Shown here: one piece after another, positions 13,800-26,800 of the stretch
Layout: every line of letters starts with the position of its first letter
Numbering within the stretch: position 1 is the stretch's first letter
Assembly (NCBI GenBank): GCA_038087875.1
Contig: CM075987.1
Location: forward strand, 16,308,001-16,372,000
Source: Malacoraja senta
Taxonomy: Eukaryota
Direction of reading: 5' to 3'
Length of the DNA: 64,000 nucleotides
Position numbers and translations under genes: made by a program
Notes under the pieces: generated by a model
What the model was told of the DNA's origin: nothing
The model's input: the letters and a program-made list of their open reading frames with translations, nothing else
The model's database searches: none

Positions 13800-14280
13800 G
13801 GATGAACAACACCTTATATTCTGCATGGAGTAGTGGTGTGAACATTGAATTCTCCAATTTTAGGTAACACACCCCTTTTTTCCCCTCCCTTTCTCTCTTT
13901 CCTTTGACCTCCCCACCCTGGCGAGCCACATTCTTCCCATTATCCAGACCCCGCTTCCTGTCTCCTTCCATCTATGTCCCTCCCTCTGGCTTTACATTTT
14001 CCCTCCTCTTCTCTCATTTGATGTCATTTTGTCTCCTTTCCATCTCTTGCCTTTGTTACTTGCTTCACCCATCTGCCAATCAAACCACCCTCACCTGTAT
14101 CCAGCCATCAGGCTTTGTCTTGCCCCCACCACTTTTCCAGCTTTCTCCACCCTTCTACAATCATTTTGTAGAACCAAAATGTCATCTGCCCATTCCCTCC
14201 ACAGATGCTGCCTGAACCGCTGAGTTCCTCCAGCACTTTGTACGCTGCACAAGATTCCAGCATCTGCAGTTCCTTGCGTT
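13800..14280 (+). mobile_element. Penelope-like 3' fragment (older)
   Basis: gtgaacattgaattctccaattttaggtaa, a pyrimidine-rich UTR, then cagatgctgcctgaaccgctgagttcctccagcac. Confidence 0.7.
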
Positions 14281-15710
14281 GCCAAAAGGAAATATTGCCA
14301 GTTAGACCCACTCACTCCCCCAGCCCCCCACACCCTATCCAGCGTGTCCCATTGAGAGGTGTTGAGGGAGGGGTGGTGGGACTCATTCCCAGCATTGGCA
14401 CTCAAGGTTTATATCAGCAGCTGCTGTTATAAATGAAACACATACAAAATGAGGGCAGAATGATGATTTCACATCAGACACTAAATAACCTTCACTAATC
14501 TATTTCCAATCATTAGCAGCTCTTTATCCCTACCTTACTGATAGGAAACACTATGATTTGAATTCATATAGTCACACAGTACGGAAACAGGCCTTTTGGC
14601 CCAAGATGCCCCATCTAAGCAAGTATAATTTGCCCACGTTTGGCCCAAATCTCTTTAAAACCTTTACCATCCATGTACCTGTCCAAATGCTTTCCAAATG
14701 CTGTTATAGCACCTGCCTCAACTACTTCCTCTGGCAGATCGTTCCATATACCCACCACTTTCTGAGTGAAAAATTTGCCCCTCGGGTTCCTATTAAATCC
14801 TTCCACTCGCAAGACTTCCTTGGAATATCGTGCCATGGGAGTGGAAATCCATTGGTCCATCCTGCCAACATCTATTAGGTTCCTCAGCAATAATCTTTGG
14901 CCTCAATGGATAAATCAGTGTATTCTTCCACAAATCTCTGTTCCTCAGTCCGCTTCCAGTAACTTGTTCTGGAATTCTATTGCCCTGTTTTTAAACCGCT
15001 GACATCGACCTGACCTTGCACTGCATTCCCATTTCCTGCTGCGATCATTTTGTGGTCTCTCGCACAAGCTCCCAACATAGTGTCTAACTAACTGTGGCCC
15101 GCCCGATGGTGCTCACATCCACCAGCAGTGGTCCCACCTACTCTCCTCTTCACGATCATTAACGGGGAATGTTTGCAGAACCAGACTCCAGTGATGAATG
15201 GCTTACACATTCCCCGTGTTCCTCACTTTCAAGTGGGGCCAATTTCCTCCTCCACCCCAGCGACGTGCAGGTTTGTAGGTTAATTGGCTTTTGTAAATTT
15301 CCCTTACAGTGTAGGGAGTAGATGAGAAAGTTGGATAACAAAGAACTAGTGTAAATGTGTGATCGTTTGGTCGGCGTGAATTCAGAGGGACAAAAGGCCC
15401 ATTTCCATGCTCTCTCTCTCTCTGCACGGAACTAAACCAAACCAAACCATGGAGAAGTAATTACACCTTTAGGGAATTTCCTTTTGGGAGAGTCATACAG
15501 CACAGAAACAGGCCCTTCAGCCCAACTTGGCCATGCAGACCACAATGCTCCATCTCAGCTAGTCCACTGTCCGCCACTGACCCATATCCCTCTAAACCTT
15601 TCCTATGCATGTCCCCGTTCAAGTGTCTTTTAAATGTTGTTAGAATACCTGCCTCAACTACTTCCTCTGCAAGGAACTGCAGATGCTAGAATTTTGAACG
15701 AAACACACAG

Positions 15711-16012
15711 CTCATAAAAATATTTGTTTCTCTCTTTTTCCTCTTTCTCTCTTTCTTTCTTTCCTAGGGTCTATTTCTTAACTCTTTTTCTTTTGTTTTT
15801 AATTTTGCTCTTATAGGGTCTTCGTCCTTTTTTGTTGTCACATTTCCTACACTTTCACTTTTTCCTTCACTTTCTTCTTTCTTTCAATCTTTTCCTTTTC
15901 TAGTGTAAAAAATAAATGGAGTACATTAATTGTAAGAAGATATAAATGACAAGTACTAATGTATGTGGTTGTAATGTAATGTACTTCTAATAAAATACAA
16001 ATTTAAAAAAAA
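15711..16012 (+). mobile_element. Poly(A)-tailed retro-insertion (L1/Tx1-like 3' UTR) with 69-bp target-site duplication
   Basis: T-rich body, AATAAA at 15989-15994 and an A-tail at ~16005-16013; 15642-15710 is identical to 16013-16081. Confidence 0.8.
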
Positions 16013-17021
16013 AGAATACCTGCCTCAACTACTTCCTCTGCAAGGAACTGCAGATGCTAGAATTTTGAACGAAACACACAGTGCTGGGGGAACTCAGTGG
16101 GTCAGGCAGCATCTCTGGAGAAAATAAATAGGTGGCCTATCCTTCCTCCTTCAGACTGAAGAAGGGCTCTGACCCAAAATGTCACCTATTCCTTTTCTCC
16201 AGAGATGCTGCCTGACCCGCTGAGTTACTCCAGCATTTTGTGTTTTTATATCTTCAGTATAAACCAGCATCTGCAGTTCCTTCCTACACAGCATCTGTGG
16301 AGGGAATGGACAGGTGACATTTCGGGTCTGTCTCTGGTGTCTAGTTCTCAATATGCATATTTCTCCCACCCTACCACCCTCAAAGGTTCGAACCGGAAAG
16401 CAGGAGAAATAAATTCAGCACAGTGGAATGCAGCAAACGGGCTTTACAGAACCGTGCTCGTGGCCTCTCCCTGGCGGTCTGACTTCCTCTGTCTGTAACC
16501 TTGGCAAAGGCTGACTGACATAAACTGATGGCGAAGTGCTACCTCTGGGGGCCCCAGGAGATTTATGAAAGAGGTATTGGGAATTGCCCCCCCCCCCCAA
16601 ATTCAGGAAACGAATGAACTGGAGCTGTAAAGGAAACTTTTTTTTAAATGGAAATCCTTTCACTTTCCTCCTCGGAGCGGTGGGAATGTGAGCACAGCCG
16701 CCAAACTCCAAGGTTCAAGCCGTTTTCCAGAAGGTCCAAACTAGGTCAGAAGTTCATGTCTGTTCCTCAGCCAACCTCTCTGATGTTGCTCCTGTAGCCC
16801 AAGTTAAATACAGATTCCTGTGCTGCATCAGAATGATGCACAGCCATAAAAACACATAACGCATAGAACGGCCCCATCAGCCCACAATGTCCATAGCAAA
16901 TATTATGGCAAGTTAAACTAATCCCCTCTGCCCGCACATGAAGCATAACCCTCCATTCCCTGCATTCCCGGGCTCAAAGGGCCGAATGGCGTCCTCCTGC
17001 ACATACTTTCTATGTTTTCTA

Positions 17022-17505
17022 TGGACACAAAATGCTGGAGTAACTCAGCGGGACAGGCAGCATCTCTGGACACCAAGGAATTGGTGACATTTCGGGTCGA
17101 GACCCTTCTTCAGACTGAGTCAGGGGAGAGGGAGATACAGGTAAGGAAGTATAAGGTGTGAAAACAAGACAAAGGGGGTGGAGATTATGGGAAATGTAGA
17201 ATAGATCATTGTTAGTTAGGAGAAGGTAACAACAAAGCAAACAGAGATAAAATGTAATCAAGGACAGTCAGACTGGTCGGAGAACTGGGAAGGAGGGAGA
17301 GATGGAGAGAGTGGAAAAGCAAGGGTTACTTGAAGTTAGAAAAGGCAATATTCATACCGCTGGGGTGTAAACTGCCCAAGCAAAATATGATTCCTCCAAT
17401 TTGCACTGGGCCTCACTCTGACAATGGAGGAGGCCCAGGACAGAAAGGTCAATGTGTGAATGGGAGGGGGAGTTAAAGTGTTTAGCAACAGGGAGATCAG
17501 GTAGG
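17022..17505 (-). mobile_element. Penelope-like 3' fragment
   Basis: Same pseudo-LTR and GIY-YIG tail sequence (ttacttgaagttagaaaaggcaatattcataccgctggggtgtaa) as 30085-30762. Confidence 0.8.
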
Positions 17506-17869
17506 TTTAGTCTACACCCTCCAATCCTTGCTTATCTATCTGGCTATCTGGCACTTACACACCAATCATATCTCCCTCAATCACCACCCTCTGGCAGCAC
17601 ATTCCAGGCACTCACCACCTTCTATGTAAAAAATACTTGCCTAACACATCTCCTTTAAACTTTGCCCTGCTCTCCTTAAAACTACACCATCTAGTCTTTG
17701 GCATGTCCACCCTGGGGAAAACGACTGACTGTCTCCCTATCAATGCCTCTATAAATGTAGGCTGAGTGAACTCCCTTCTGTTTGTTGTTTCTTGGTGCTT
17801 GGAGCACGCAGTTGGGAGAGATTCTAATGGAAGAGGAAAGACAATAATACAAACTGATCAGTAACAACA

Positions 17870-18860
17870 TCTCCTCCTCATTGACTGTCAAAACAGGTGC
17901 ATCTCAAGGCTGTGTACTGACCCCCCCCCCCCCCCCCCCAACGGCTCTATTCTCTTTAAACCCACGACTGTGTGGTTAAGCACAGCTCCAATGGCATCTA
18001 AAAATTCACTGACGACACCACTGCAGTTGGCGGAATCACAGGTGATGAGTCAGCTTACTGTGGAGTGGTAGAACACCTGGTTGAGTGGTGCCACAGACCA
18101 ACCTCTCGCTCAACATCAACAGAACCAAGTAACTAATTGCTCACTTCAGAAAAGGGAAGTTAGGAGACCACACGTTAGTTTTCACTATGGGTCATCTTGT
18201 GGGGAAAGTTCACAGCTTCTAATTCTTGGGCATTAACATCTCGGATGACCTGTCCTGGGTTCAGCAACATGGATATAATCATGAAGAAGGCATGCCAGCA
18301 CCATTACTTTATTAGAAGTTTAAAGAGACTCAGTATGTCTGTAAGAATCATGACTGGTTGCATCGTTGCCTGATACGGTAATTGCAATGCTCCAAAATAC
18401 AAGAGGCTGCAGAGAGTGGTGGACTCAGCCCGGTCCATCACAGACACGGGCTTCCCCACCATCAAAAGCATTTACACAAGGCGCTAGCTCAAGAGGGCGG
18501 CATCTATCAACAAGGTTTCCCACCATCCGGGTCGTGCCCTCTTCTCACTGCTACCATTGGGCAAGATGTACAGAAGGCAGAAGTCCCACAACATGAACCA
18601 CTGGCACAATGATAATGCTACATCAATAACGGAACAAGGCAGGCCACCTCTAGTGTTACCATGGACACATTTTTTGTTCTAATTATGCTTTTGCACTAAT
18701 ATTTTGTTTCTTTCAACAGTCTTTCTTTTACATTTTTGTGTGTAATTTATGTATAATCTGTGTATAATTTGTGTTTGTCTATTTGCCTGTGATGCTGCTG
18801 CTGCTAGCAAACTTTTCATTGCACCTATACTTCACCGTACTTGATGACAATAAACTTGAG
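17870..18860 (+). mobile_element. Decayed Rex1/Babar-like non-LTR retrotransposon (RT C-half plus 3' UTR)
   Basis: Codes for TGASQGCVL...THDCV...KFTDDTT-like RT motifs and ends in gacaataaacttga. Related 3' ends at ~4590-5040, 9060-9450, 25440-26010 and 59600-59940. Confidence 0.7.
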
Positions 18861-20087
18861 CTTTAATGTAACCCAATGCTGTTGGTGGTAGTCACCGTGA
18901 CTTTAACTGCTTATGTTCTCAGCTTTATCAAGCACTTTCCAAATGTAACTTAATAATCCACCTTTTAAAATGCTCTTTGACCACTTATCCCACCAGCTCC
19001 ATATGTAGTTTGGTGTAAACCTTTAGTTTTAGAGATACAGCATGGAAACAGGCCTTTCAGCCCATTGAGTCAATGCCAACCATCGATCACCCATTTACAG
19101 TTCTATGTTATCCCACTTTTTCATCCACTCCCTGCACATCAGGGGCAATTTATCTGCAACCCGCACGTCTTTGAGATGTACGAGGAAACTGAACCTCCCA
19201 GAGGAAACTGACACAGTCAGAGGGAGACCCTGCAAACTCCACACAGACAGTACCCGAGGTCAGGATCAAAACCAGGTCTCTCGGGTTGTAAGGCAGCTGT
19301 TCTACCAACTGTGATAATTGGTCCTATTAAGCAGCTTGGGATGGCTTATCTCATGGTTACAGATTTTCTAATGAAGATCAGTTATTGTTAGAGTATTAAT
19401 AAACTAATAGATTGCTCACATCATTAGAGGGGGGGGGGGGGGTTCTGAGCATTTGATCTCGAGCAGAGTCGCTAAAACAGAAATTAAAATAGAAAATGAA
19501 TAGACTGAAAGTTGGGCAGCTTCCATGGAGGGAGAATCAGATTTTCTTTAGAACTGACATGAAACTTTGTTCCTCTCTCCATGGATGTTACCTGATCTGT
19601 TGAGTATTTAGAACATCTTCTATCTTCCTAATACAATACAATACAATTTATTTGTCATTTGGACCCCGTTTAGGTCCAAAACAAAATGTCGTTTCTGCAG
19701 CCATACATTACTAAACGAAAAAGACCCGAGACACAACACAATTTACACATACATCCATCACAGCGCTGTGATGGAAGGCAAAAAAAACGTATCTCTCCAC
19801 TGCACTCCCCCCCCCGATGTCAGAGTCAAAGACAAAGCCCCCGGCGGGCGATGGTGATTATCCCGCGGCCATTAAAGCCACGCCGGGCTTAAGTCAAGAG
19901 AGAGTCGAGTGCTTAATTGACATATGTACCGATGACAATGTGATTTGTACTTGCTGCAGCTTAACAGGCCTGTGAACACAATACACAAAGATAATATATA
20001 ACAATCAAAAATTCAAAACATTATTAACTCCAATACTAGTGCAAAAATTATTAATCCCAATACTTGTGCAACCATGGACAGTCCACA

Positions 20088-20576
20088 GTTCACCAGACTG
20101 ATTCCTGGGATGTCAGGACTTTCATATGAAGAAAGACTGGTTAGACTCGGCTTGTACTCGCTAGAATTTAGAAGATTGAGGGGGGATCTTATAGAAACTT
20201 ACAACATTCTTAAGGGGTTGGACAGGCTAGATGCAGGAAGATTGTTCCCGATGTTGGGGAAGTCCAGAACAAGGGGTCACAGTTTAAGGATAAGGGGGAA
20301 ATCTTTTAGGACCAAGATGAGAAAAACATTTTTCACACAGAGAGTGGTGAATCTCTGGAATTCTCTGCCACAGAAGGTAGTTGAGGCCAGTTCATTGGAT
20401 ATATTTAAGAGGGAGTTAAATGTGGCCCTTGTGGCTAAAGGTATCAGGGGGTATGGAGAGAAGGCAGGTACAGGATACTGAGTTGGATGATCAGCCATGA
20501 TCATATTGAATGGCGGTGCAGGCTCGAAGGGCCGAATGGCCTACTCCTGCACCTATTTTCTATGTTTCTATGTTTC
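20088..20576 (+). mobile_element. CR1 LINE 3' fragment (young)
   Basis: ORF 20074-20481 is near-identical to 2325-2786; same UTR and tail. Confidence 0.93.
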
Positions 20577-21370
20577 ATAGTTGAGGTAAATGTTGTATAG
20601 TGTTCAAAAACTTGATGGTAGTTGGGATATAGATGTTCATGATCGTGGAGGTCGCGGTTTTCAGACTCCTGTACCTTCTTCCCAATGGTAGGAGTGAAAT
20701 GAGAGGGTGCTCAGAGTAGTGTGGGTCTTTATTATTACAGGCTGCTTTTTTGAGTCAGTGCCCCCTATAGATCCCTTCAATCATCAATATCTGTGACGGA
20801 CTGGGTAGAGTCCACCACTTTTTGTAATCCCCTTTGTTCCTGATCATTTGAGTTGCCAATTCGCGGCGTGCTATATTTACATCCACTTGAAAGAGCTGAG
20901 GGAAGTTCAGTTTGCCATCACGGCCAAGAGACGATACATCCAACAATGCAGTGCTCCTTCAGGACTCTCGCGTCAGTTTTGGTCACCACAGTGGGGCATG
21001 AATTCACAACCTTATGATTCACCAGCAAAAAGCTGACTCAATCTTTCTAATCCCCGCTAATATGTATTTTGAGCAGCATTTCTCCAGAAGCTAACTAACA
21101 GCCAGATTATCCACTTGAGGCATAGCTAAGCACCAGTCAGTAACTCAGTAACTTAGAAAACGTGAAGGCAGAATTCTGGATGTTGGTTTGGGGCTGTTTT
21201 CCTGTCTGAGCCACTTACATGTTACACGCTGGAGTTGGCCAGACCCGTGACTAGCTGCTTTATGGAGTTGTGCCTGATCGCCTCCTTAATCACCCCCAAC
21301 ACACCCAGAGTAACAGCGACAGTAATAAGTCAGCATAACAACAGAGATAGACAAAGAACTGTTAGAGATA

Positions 21371-21645
21371 GCGACAGCACAGTGGCGCAGCTGGTAGAGC
21401 TGTTGCCACAAATCATCAGTGGCCAAGGTTCAATCCTGAAACTTAGGTGCAGTCTGTGTGGAGTTTGCACGTTCTACCTGTGATCGCGCGGGTTTCCTCC
21501 GGGTGCTCCGGTTTCCTCCCACATCCCAAAGACGTGCGGGTTTGTAGGTTAATTGGCCTCTGTAAATTGCTCCTAGAGTGTAAGCAGTGGATGTGAAAGT
21601 GGAATAGTATAGACTAATATAGAACTAGTGTGAACGGGTGATCTT
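21371..21645 (+). mobile_element. V-SINE (HE1-like)
   Basis: Same head and body as 61503-61812. Confidence 0.85.
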
Positions 21646-21651
21646 TGATTG

Positions 21652-21966
21652 ATTGAAATATATAGCATGGAAACAGGCCCTTCTGCCCACCGTGTTCAGG
21701 ATCCACGAATCACCCGTTCACACTAGTTCTAGTTATCCTACTTTTGGATGCACTCCCCATGCACCAGGGGGAATTTACAGAGGCCAATCAACCTGCAACC
21801 CACACATCTTTGGGAGGTGGTAGGAAAGGGGAGCACCGGAGAAAACCAATGCTGTTACAGGGAGAACGTGCAAACTCCACAAGGGGAGCATCCGAGGTCA
21901 TGATCGAAAACTGGTTCTCTGGTGCTTTGAGGCAGTGGCTGTACCAACTGTGCCACTGTGTCGCCC
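21652..21966 (-). mobile_element. V-SINE (HE1-like), tail-to-tail with the preceding copy
   Basis: Reverse complement of the same family. Confidence 0.85.
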
Positions 21967-22639
21967 TGCAAGGGGAAGAAATGACAGAAAAATGAAAAAA
22001 GAGATTAAAAATAAATTTGTCTTTAAGTCTGCTAATAACATGTATCCATTTCTCTTGATCAATGTGGTGGTGTAATATCACATTGGACCGAATTCCAAAT
22101 GATTAGTCATTAGCCACAGGACCAGTGGCCATAGGGAGTCAAACATTATAGGCTTGGCCGGGTTTGAGGGAACTTTAACGTTCTGAAGAAGGTATCTGAC
22201 AAATCTATAAAGCATCGCATTGTAAACACAATTTCTTGCCCAATTTACCTTCAATCTAAATTAAGTTTAACGATAAAGAACTATTATTCCCCTAAAGTGG
22301 GCAGTGTGAGGAGTGTGATTGTGCGGGGTGGGAGGTTTGCTAACTAAGAGGATTCAAAATATTACACTGCTGAAGGCAAGTCAAACGTGGCTGAAAACTG
22401 CATTTTCCCCGAGAGTTAAACACTTAATTTTACATTCCTCTCAATCTCATTTCCATAACAAAATGATAAAAATTTGACCGTCAGTATACACTCTGTACGA
22501 CCAAGGGTCACATTTTGGAATGAATGTCGTCAATTTTGCTTTAGAGTCAGCTTGTACGCCGAGCGATGAAACTCTATATTGCAGGCAGTTAATGGAGTAA
22601 ACTCTTCCCACTGCTCTGAAAGAAGTTACGTTTCATTAT

Positions 22640-23090
22640 TTTAGTTTTTCCCTCTCCCTGTGTAACCACAAGGTCTCTTCCTTTTGAAGCCAGCAGGGAA
22701 TTGCGCTGAGATAATATTCACTATTGAATCTGCAGAGCAACCACAGACGGAACGACCCCTATGGGTGATCAGAAAACATATGGAACCTTTACAAATGCAG
22801 TGAGTGCCAAAAAAAAATAACATTCCACAGTTTTTATATCCACAGTTTTTGGAGCTCCAATCCCCAAGAGATGACCTTTCCCTTATACGGCTTATGCACC
22901 TTCACCTTTAACCCTTTTACCACCAGTTAGTGCCTCCTCCTTCTCACTTTCTTCCTCTCTCTCTCTCGTCCTCACCAGCGTCTCCCCCTCCCTCAGCACG
23001 CCCGCTTCCCCCACCCCACCTCCCTCCCCCCACACCCCCCCCCCCCTCCATCGTAGATCACTCGAAACTGCCACGTCAGTCCTTGCAGAA
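22640..23090 (+). promoter_or_regulatory. Candidate promoter/enhancer of the miR-199 host transcript
   Basis: Repeat-free region with AACCACA (RUNX-type) at 22664 and 22739, CATATG E-box at 22777, ACATTCCA (TEAD/MCAT) at 22820, CArG-like CCTTATACGG at 22881, a pyrimidine/C-rich tract, and CCACGTCA at ~23071. Motif matches only. Confidence 0.4.
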
Positions 23091-23205
23091 GTGAAGGAAA
23101 CGAGGGGAGAGCTGGTGCTGCAGAGAGAACAGTGGTCTGCGCTCTTAAGGCTTGCTGGGAGACCCAGAGAGTCTCGCCCGTGTGGAAAAAAAACAAGACT
23201 ACAAT

Positions 23206-23291
23206 CCCACTCTGTCTCCCCAGTGTTCAGACTACCTGTTCAGGTCGATGCTATTGTACAGTAGTCTGCACATTGGTTAGACTGTGTGCGG
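23206..23291 (+). ncRNA. mir199: miR-199 precursor hairpin, intronic and antisense to dnm1 (positional ortholog of mir-199b)
   Basis: 5p arm CCCAGTGTTCAGACTACCTGTTC at 23219-23241 and 3p arm ACAGTAGTCTGCACATTGGTTA at 23258-23279. Basal stem gtct/agac and cac/gtg; CNNC (CTTC) at 23298-23301. miR-199 genes are known to sit antisense in dynamin introns. Confidence 0.98.
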
Positions 23292-23726
23292 AAAAATCTT
23301 CGGACTTTTGCACATCAGTCGAGGAACGCCGACGATCCTCATTCTGACCCAAACTTACTCCGGTCAATAAGCCTGAGCTCCGTGGAGACTGCCTTTCATT
23401 TCCCGTGTGCTGTTAGTGGCACTCAGGTAATGCAGTAGATTTTGATTCCTTTTAACAACCGGGCAGTATTCTTCTTCAAGCGCCTTTGCTTCCTCATCCA
23501 CGGACTGTGCATCTGGTTCCAACTTAAAGTTCCAGTTACTTGTCGCCCCTGTGCTTGTTGCCTCTGTCTCTGCATGCTCTTCTGCAAAATATTTAACATC
23601 TTTCTACCTCTCGCTGCAGAAGCTCACAATGGTAGCGATGCCACTGATCAATATTAAGGAATAATTACAGACAGGGAGACCCCCCCTCGTGATATGCTGC
23701 TGTGTGCGTGCCATTCAATGGTTTAA

Positions 23727-23810
23727 TGTAAGTTCTGTACGTACTGAATAAAACAAAATAAATATTCTGGTTAATGCATCTCAGCCATTGTCTCTATTTC
23801 CATTATTTGT
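23727..23810 (+). terminator. Candidate polyadenylation site of the miR-199 host transcript
   Basis: Two TGTA motifs, then tandem AATAAA at 23747-23752 and 23757-23762, then T/GT-rich downstream sequence. Confidence 0.45.
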
Positions 23811-26800
23811 CAATATTTAAACGGAGGATAATTGATTATTTTGATTACTTTGGCGCTATCAGCTTGGGTGAACGGTCATAGCCGGGGCATTCTTACAGTG
23901 AAGTAATGCACAGTGATTTTTGTCTAAGCTATTAGAACAGCAAGATATAATTGTTTCTTTAACTCTGCATCAGCCCGGTAGTCGAATCGTCCCAGTGCCG
24001 GCTGTCAAGGGGAAAGGAATAGTCATCTGGGTGAAGTGTGTCAGTGAGGGGACTGAGCTCTTGCCCGAGGAGCTGTATCGCAGTGCCAATCAGCGTCCTT
24101 GTGTAATGAGGAGAAGAAAGGATTACAGGATGAGAGGGAAGGGGGGGGGGGGGGGTGCGGAGGTTAGGAGGTTAGGAGTGGGGAGAAGCTACAGACTCCT
24201 GGGAAGAAAATGTGCTCCCAAGTCTTGCCGTCTAACAATGCACAACCCTCCACTCTGATGAGCTGTTTCCCCTGTCAAGTGTCACCCTCCCTCAAGCACG
24301 AAGGGATTGTCTGCCCCCTCTTTGGGTGCTTGGACCATTTTTCTCTGGGGTACTTCAAGCCCACGTGACCATGGACTTCGCAATAAAAGTTCACTTCGTA
24401 AAGGTGTCAGTGGAGAACTAAAAGAGGGGAGATTAAGTCAAAATAAAATCAAAAGCTAGTTAGACTGCTTTTAGCTCCACACTGACAGATAACCTTTGAA
24501 CCTACAGGCTTTATCTGAGCTGTCAAGCATTTGGCATTTCCTTAATTTTGCTGCCAAAATTATTTAACTCAAATCCAAATCCTAAAGAAAAAGAAAGAGA
24601 TCTGGATTCAATCCCCAATTACCATTGTGGAGCTCAATGGCTGTCTTTAATTCGCCTTCCTTTCATCCTTATTGCACAGCAGATGATGCTAATGTAAAAC
24701 AGACTTTACTGTTGCAATACTTCACAAAAAGAAAATGGCGTCTCGTCACGACGCTTTCAATATCAGAGTTCCAGGGGAGGGAAAATTCAGTCAGCTTCAG
24801 ACTTTTACAGTTTGAAACTCCTTGGGGGTTTTTTTTGTGTAAAAACAGAGCAGAATGTTTCTTTCAAGCGAGAAAAGAACCTCAGGTTGTCCACTGACAG
24901 GACTGACATGTTTCACTAAAAGCACCACCTCATAAAATCTGCTGTCGTTTATTTGTGCTTCTGCGGTTCCCCTGCACAGTCGGGTCTTAAGATAAAAGCA
25001 GCTTAAAGTAAACTTCTGTCGATATTAAACATGCACTTCTTCTAAGCTTTAGGTAAAATGCTCTTTGGACTGGGCACCCCTCTGCATTTCATTGAACTCT
25101 TTGTCTCTTTTTTTTTTAAACTTTAATGTGAATATTTGTTAGAAATCAGCTTTAATTTTTAAATAAATGATTTTCATTTCCCACTGCACTTGCACCACCT
25201 CTCCAATTGCCTAAGCCACGCTTTCCTCCAGCATTCTTCAACTCAATCTATTTAGAGCTCCATATCATTCCTAGAAGGTAGAAGCTCCATTTCCAACCAC
25301 TTCCCATTTTAGTATGTCACTGGATCGCATTGGGCTTTTTCTCTTGGCCAAGGATCAGGTTCCAAACCACAGCCCTCCAGTGTTATCCTGGGATCACCCG
25401 GAAAGCGAGATTAATCTCCTGGAGGTTGTGGGGGAGCCATTAAAAAGCCTGGTGACCGTCACACAGACCAGACTCCATCGATTTTTTTTTGTCTACATTT
25501 CATGCTGTCTTGGAAAAGCATCCAACATATCAATAACCTTTATCACCCCAGTGATTCCTCTATCGCCTCTCCCTTCAGGTAGATACAAAGGCTTGAAAGC
25601 ACGTCCCACCAGTCTCAGGAACAACTTCTTCCCCTCTGTTATCCAAACGGTCCTCCCATAGGTTCGGTCTTCCAACCTACCATCATTGATAACGGATGTT
25701 TTCATTGTAACCGTAATGCCACAAGGTTGTAAAACTATATTCTGCCTATACTCTGATATATTTTTCTTCACTTTACTTGTTGTACTTATGTATGTTTAGT
25801 TTTTTTAGTTTAGTTCAGAGATACAGCGCGGAAACAGAACCTTCGGCCCACCGAGTCCACACCGACCAGCGATCCCCGCACATTAACACTATCCTACACA
25901 CACTAGGGACAATTTTACATTATACTTATGTATGGTATGATCTGATTTAATTGGATAGCAGACAAAAAAAACCATTTTCACTTTATCTCAGTAGAGGTGA
26001 CAATAATAAACCAGTACATCTCATTAGAGAACCTTGAAAGCTGTAAACCATGATTCAACAACCATTCAGATACCATAATTAATCTCTGTCTACCTTAAAC
26101 CAACACCAATAGTACTGGAGAATTGTGGCAAGATGCAAAGAGGCCATTCAGCCTTCTGACTCCTTGCATGCCATCCCAAAGTCACATCCCCCCCCCCCCA
26201 GCTTGTGCCACACAATCCTAACAATGACTCTCTCTCATGTTCCATTTCCTTCTGAAGGCACCAATCAATTCCTCTTCAACACATCACGACAGGCAGATGG
26301 TTTTAGATCATAACTAACCCCTGCATAAAGTTGTGCTTTTCCTCAATCCCTCCTCAATCTTCTCAACAACATTTGGAATCTGTATACTCTGCCCCTTTAA
26401 CGATTTGCTAATGGTATCATCATCCCATGACTGACCCCATCATGACCAGATATGACCTTGAATACATTTGTTTGTCGTTTGTCTTAAGAATATTGAAGAT
26501 GGCAGAAAGATTACTGACCAGCTGGTCGATTGGAACCGATAAGTCATGTGATTAAACTCCAAGGAACTTAAGCAACCAGAGCAGGGACCCAGGGTGATTC
26601 TATACTTTAGACCTTAGACGTCAGAGATACAGTGCGGAAATAGGCCCTTCGGCCCACCAATCACCCGTACACTGGCACTATCCTACACACTGGGGACAAT
26701 TTACAATTTTACCGAGGCAAATTAACATGCAAACCTGTATGTCTTTGGAGTGTAGGAGGAAACCGGAGCACCCGGAGAAAACCCACATGGTCACAGGAAA

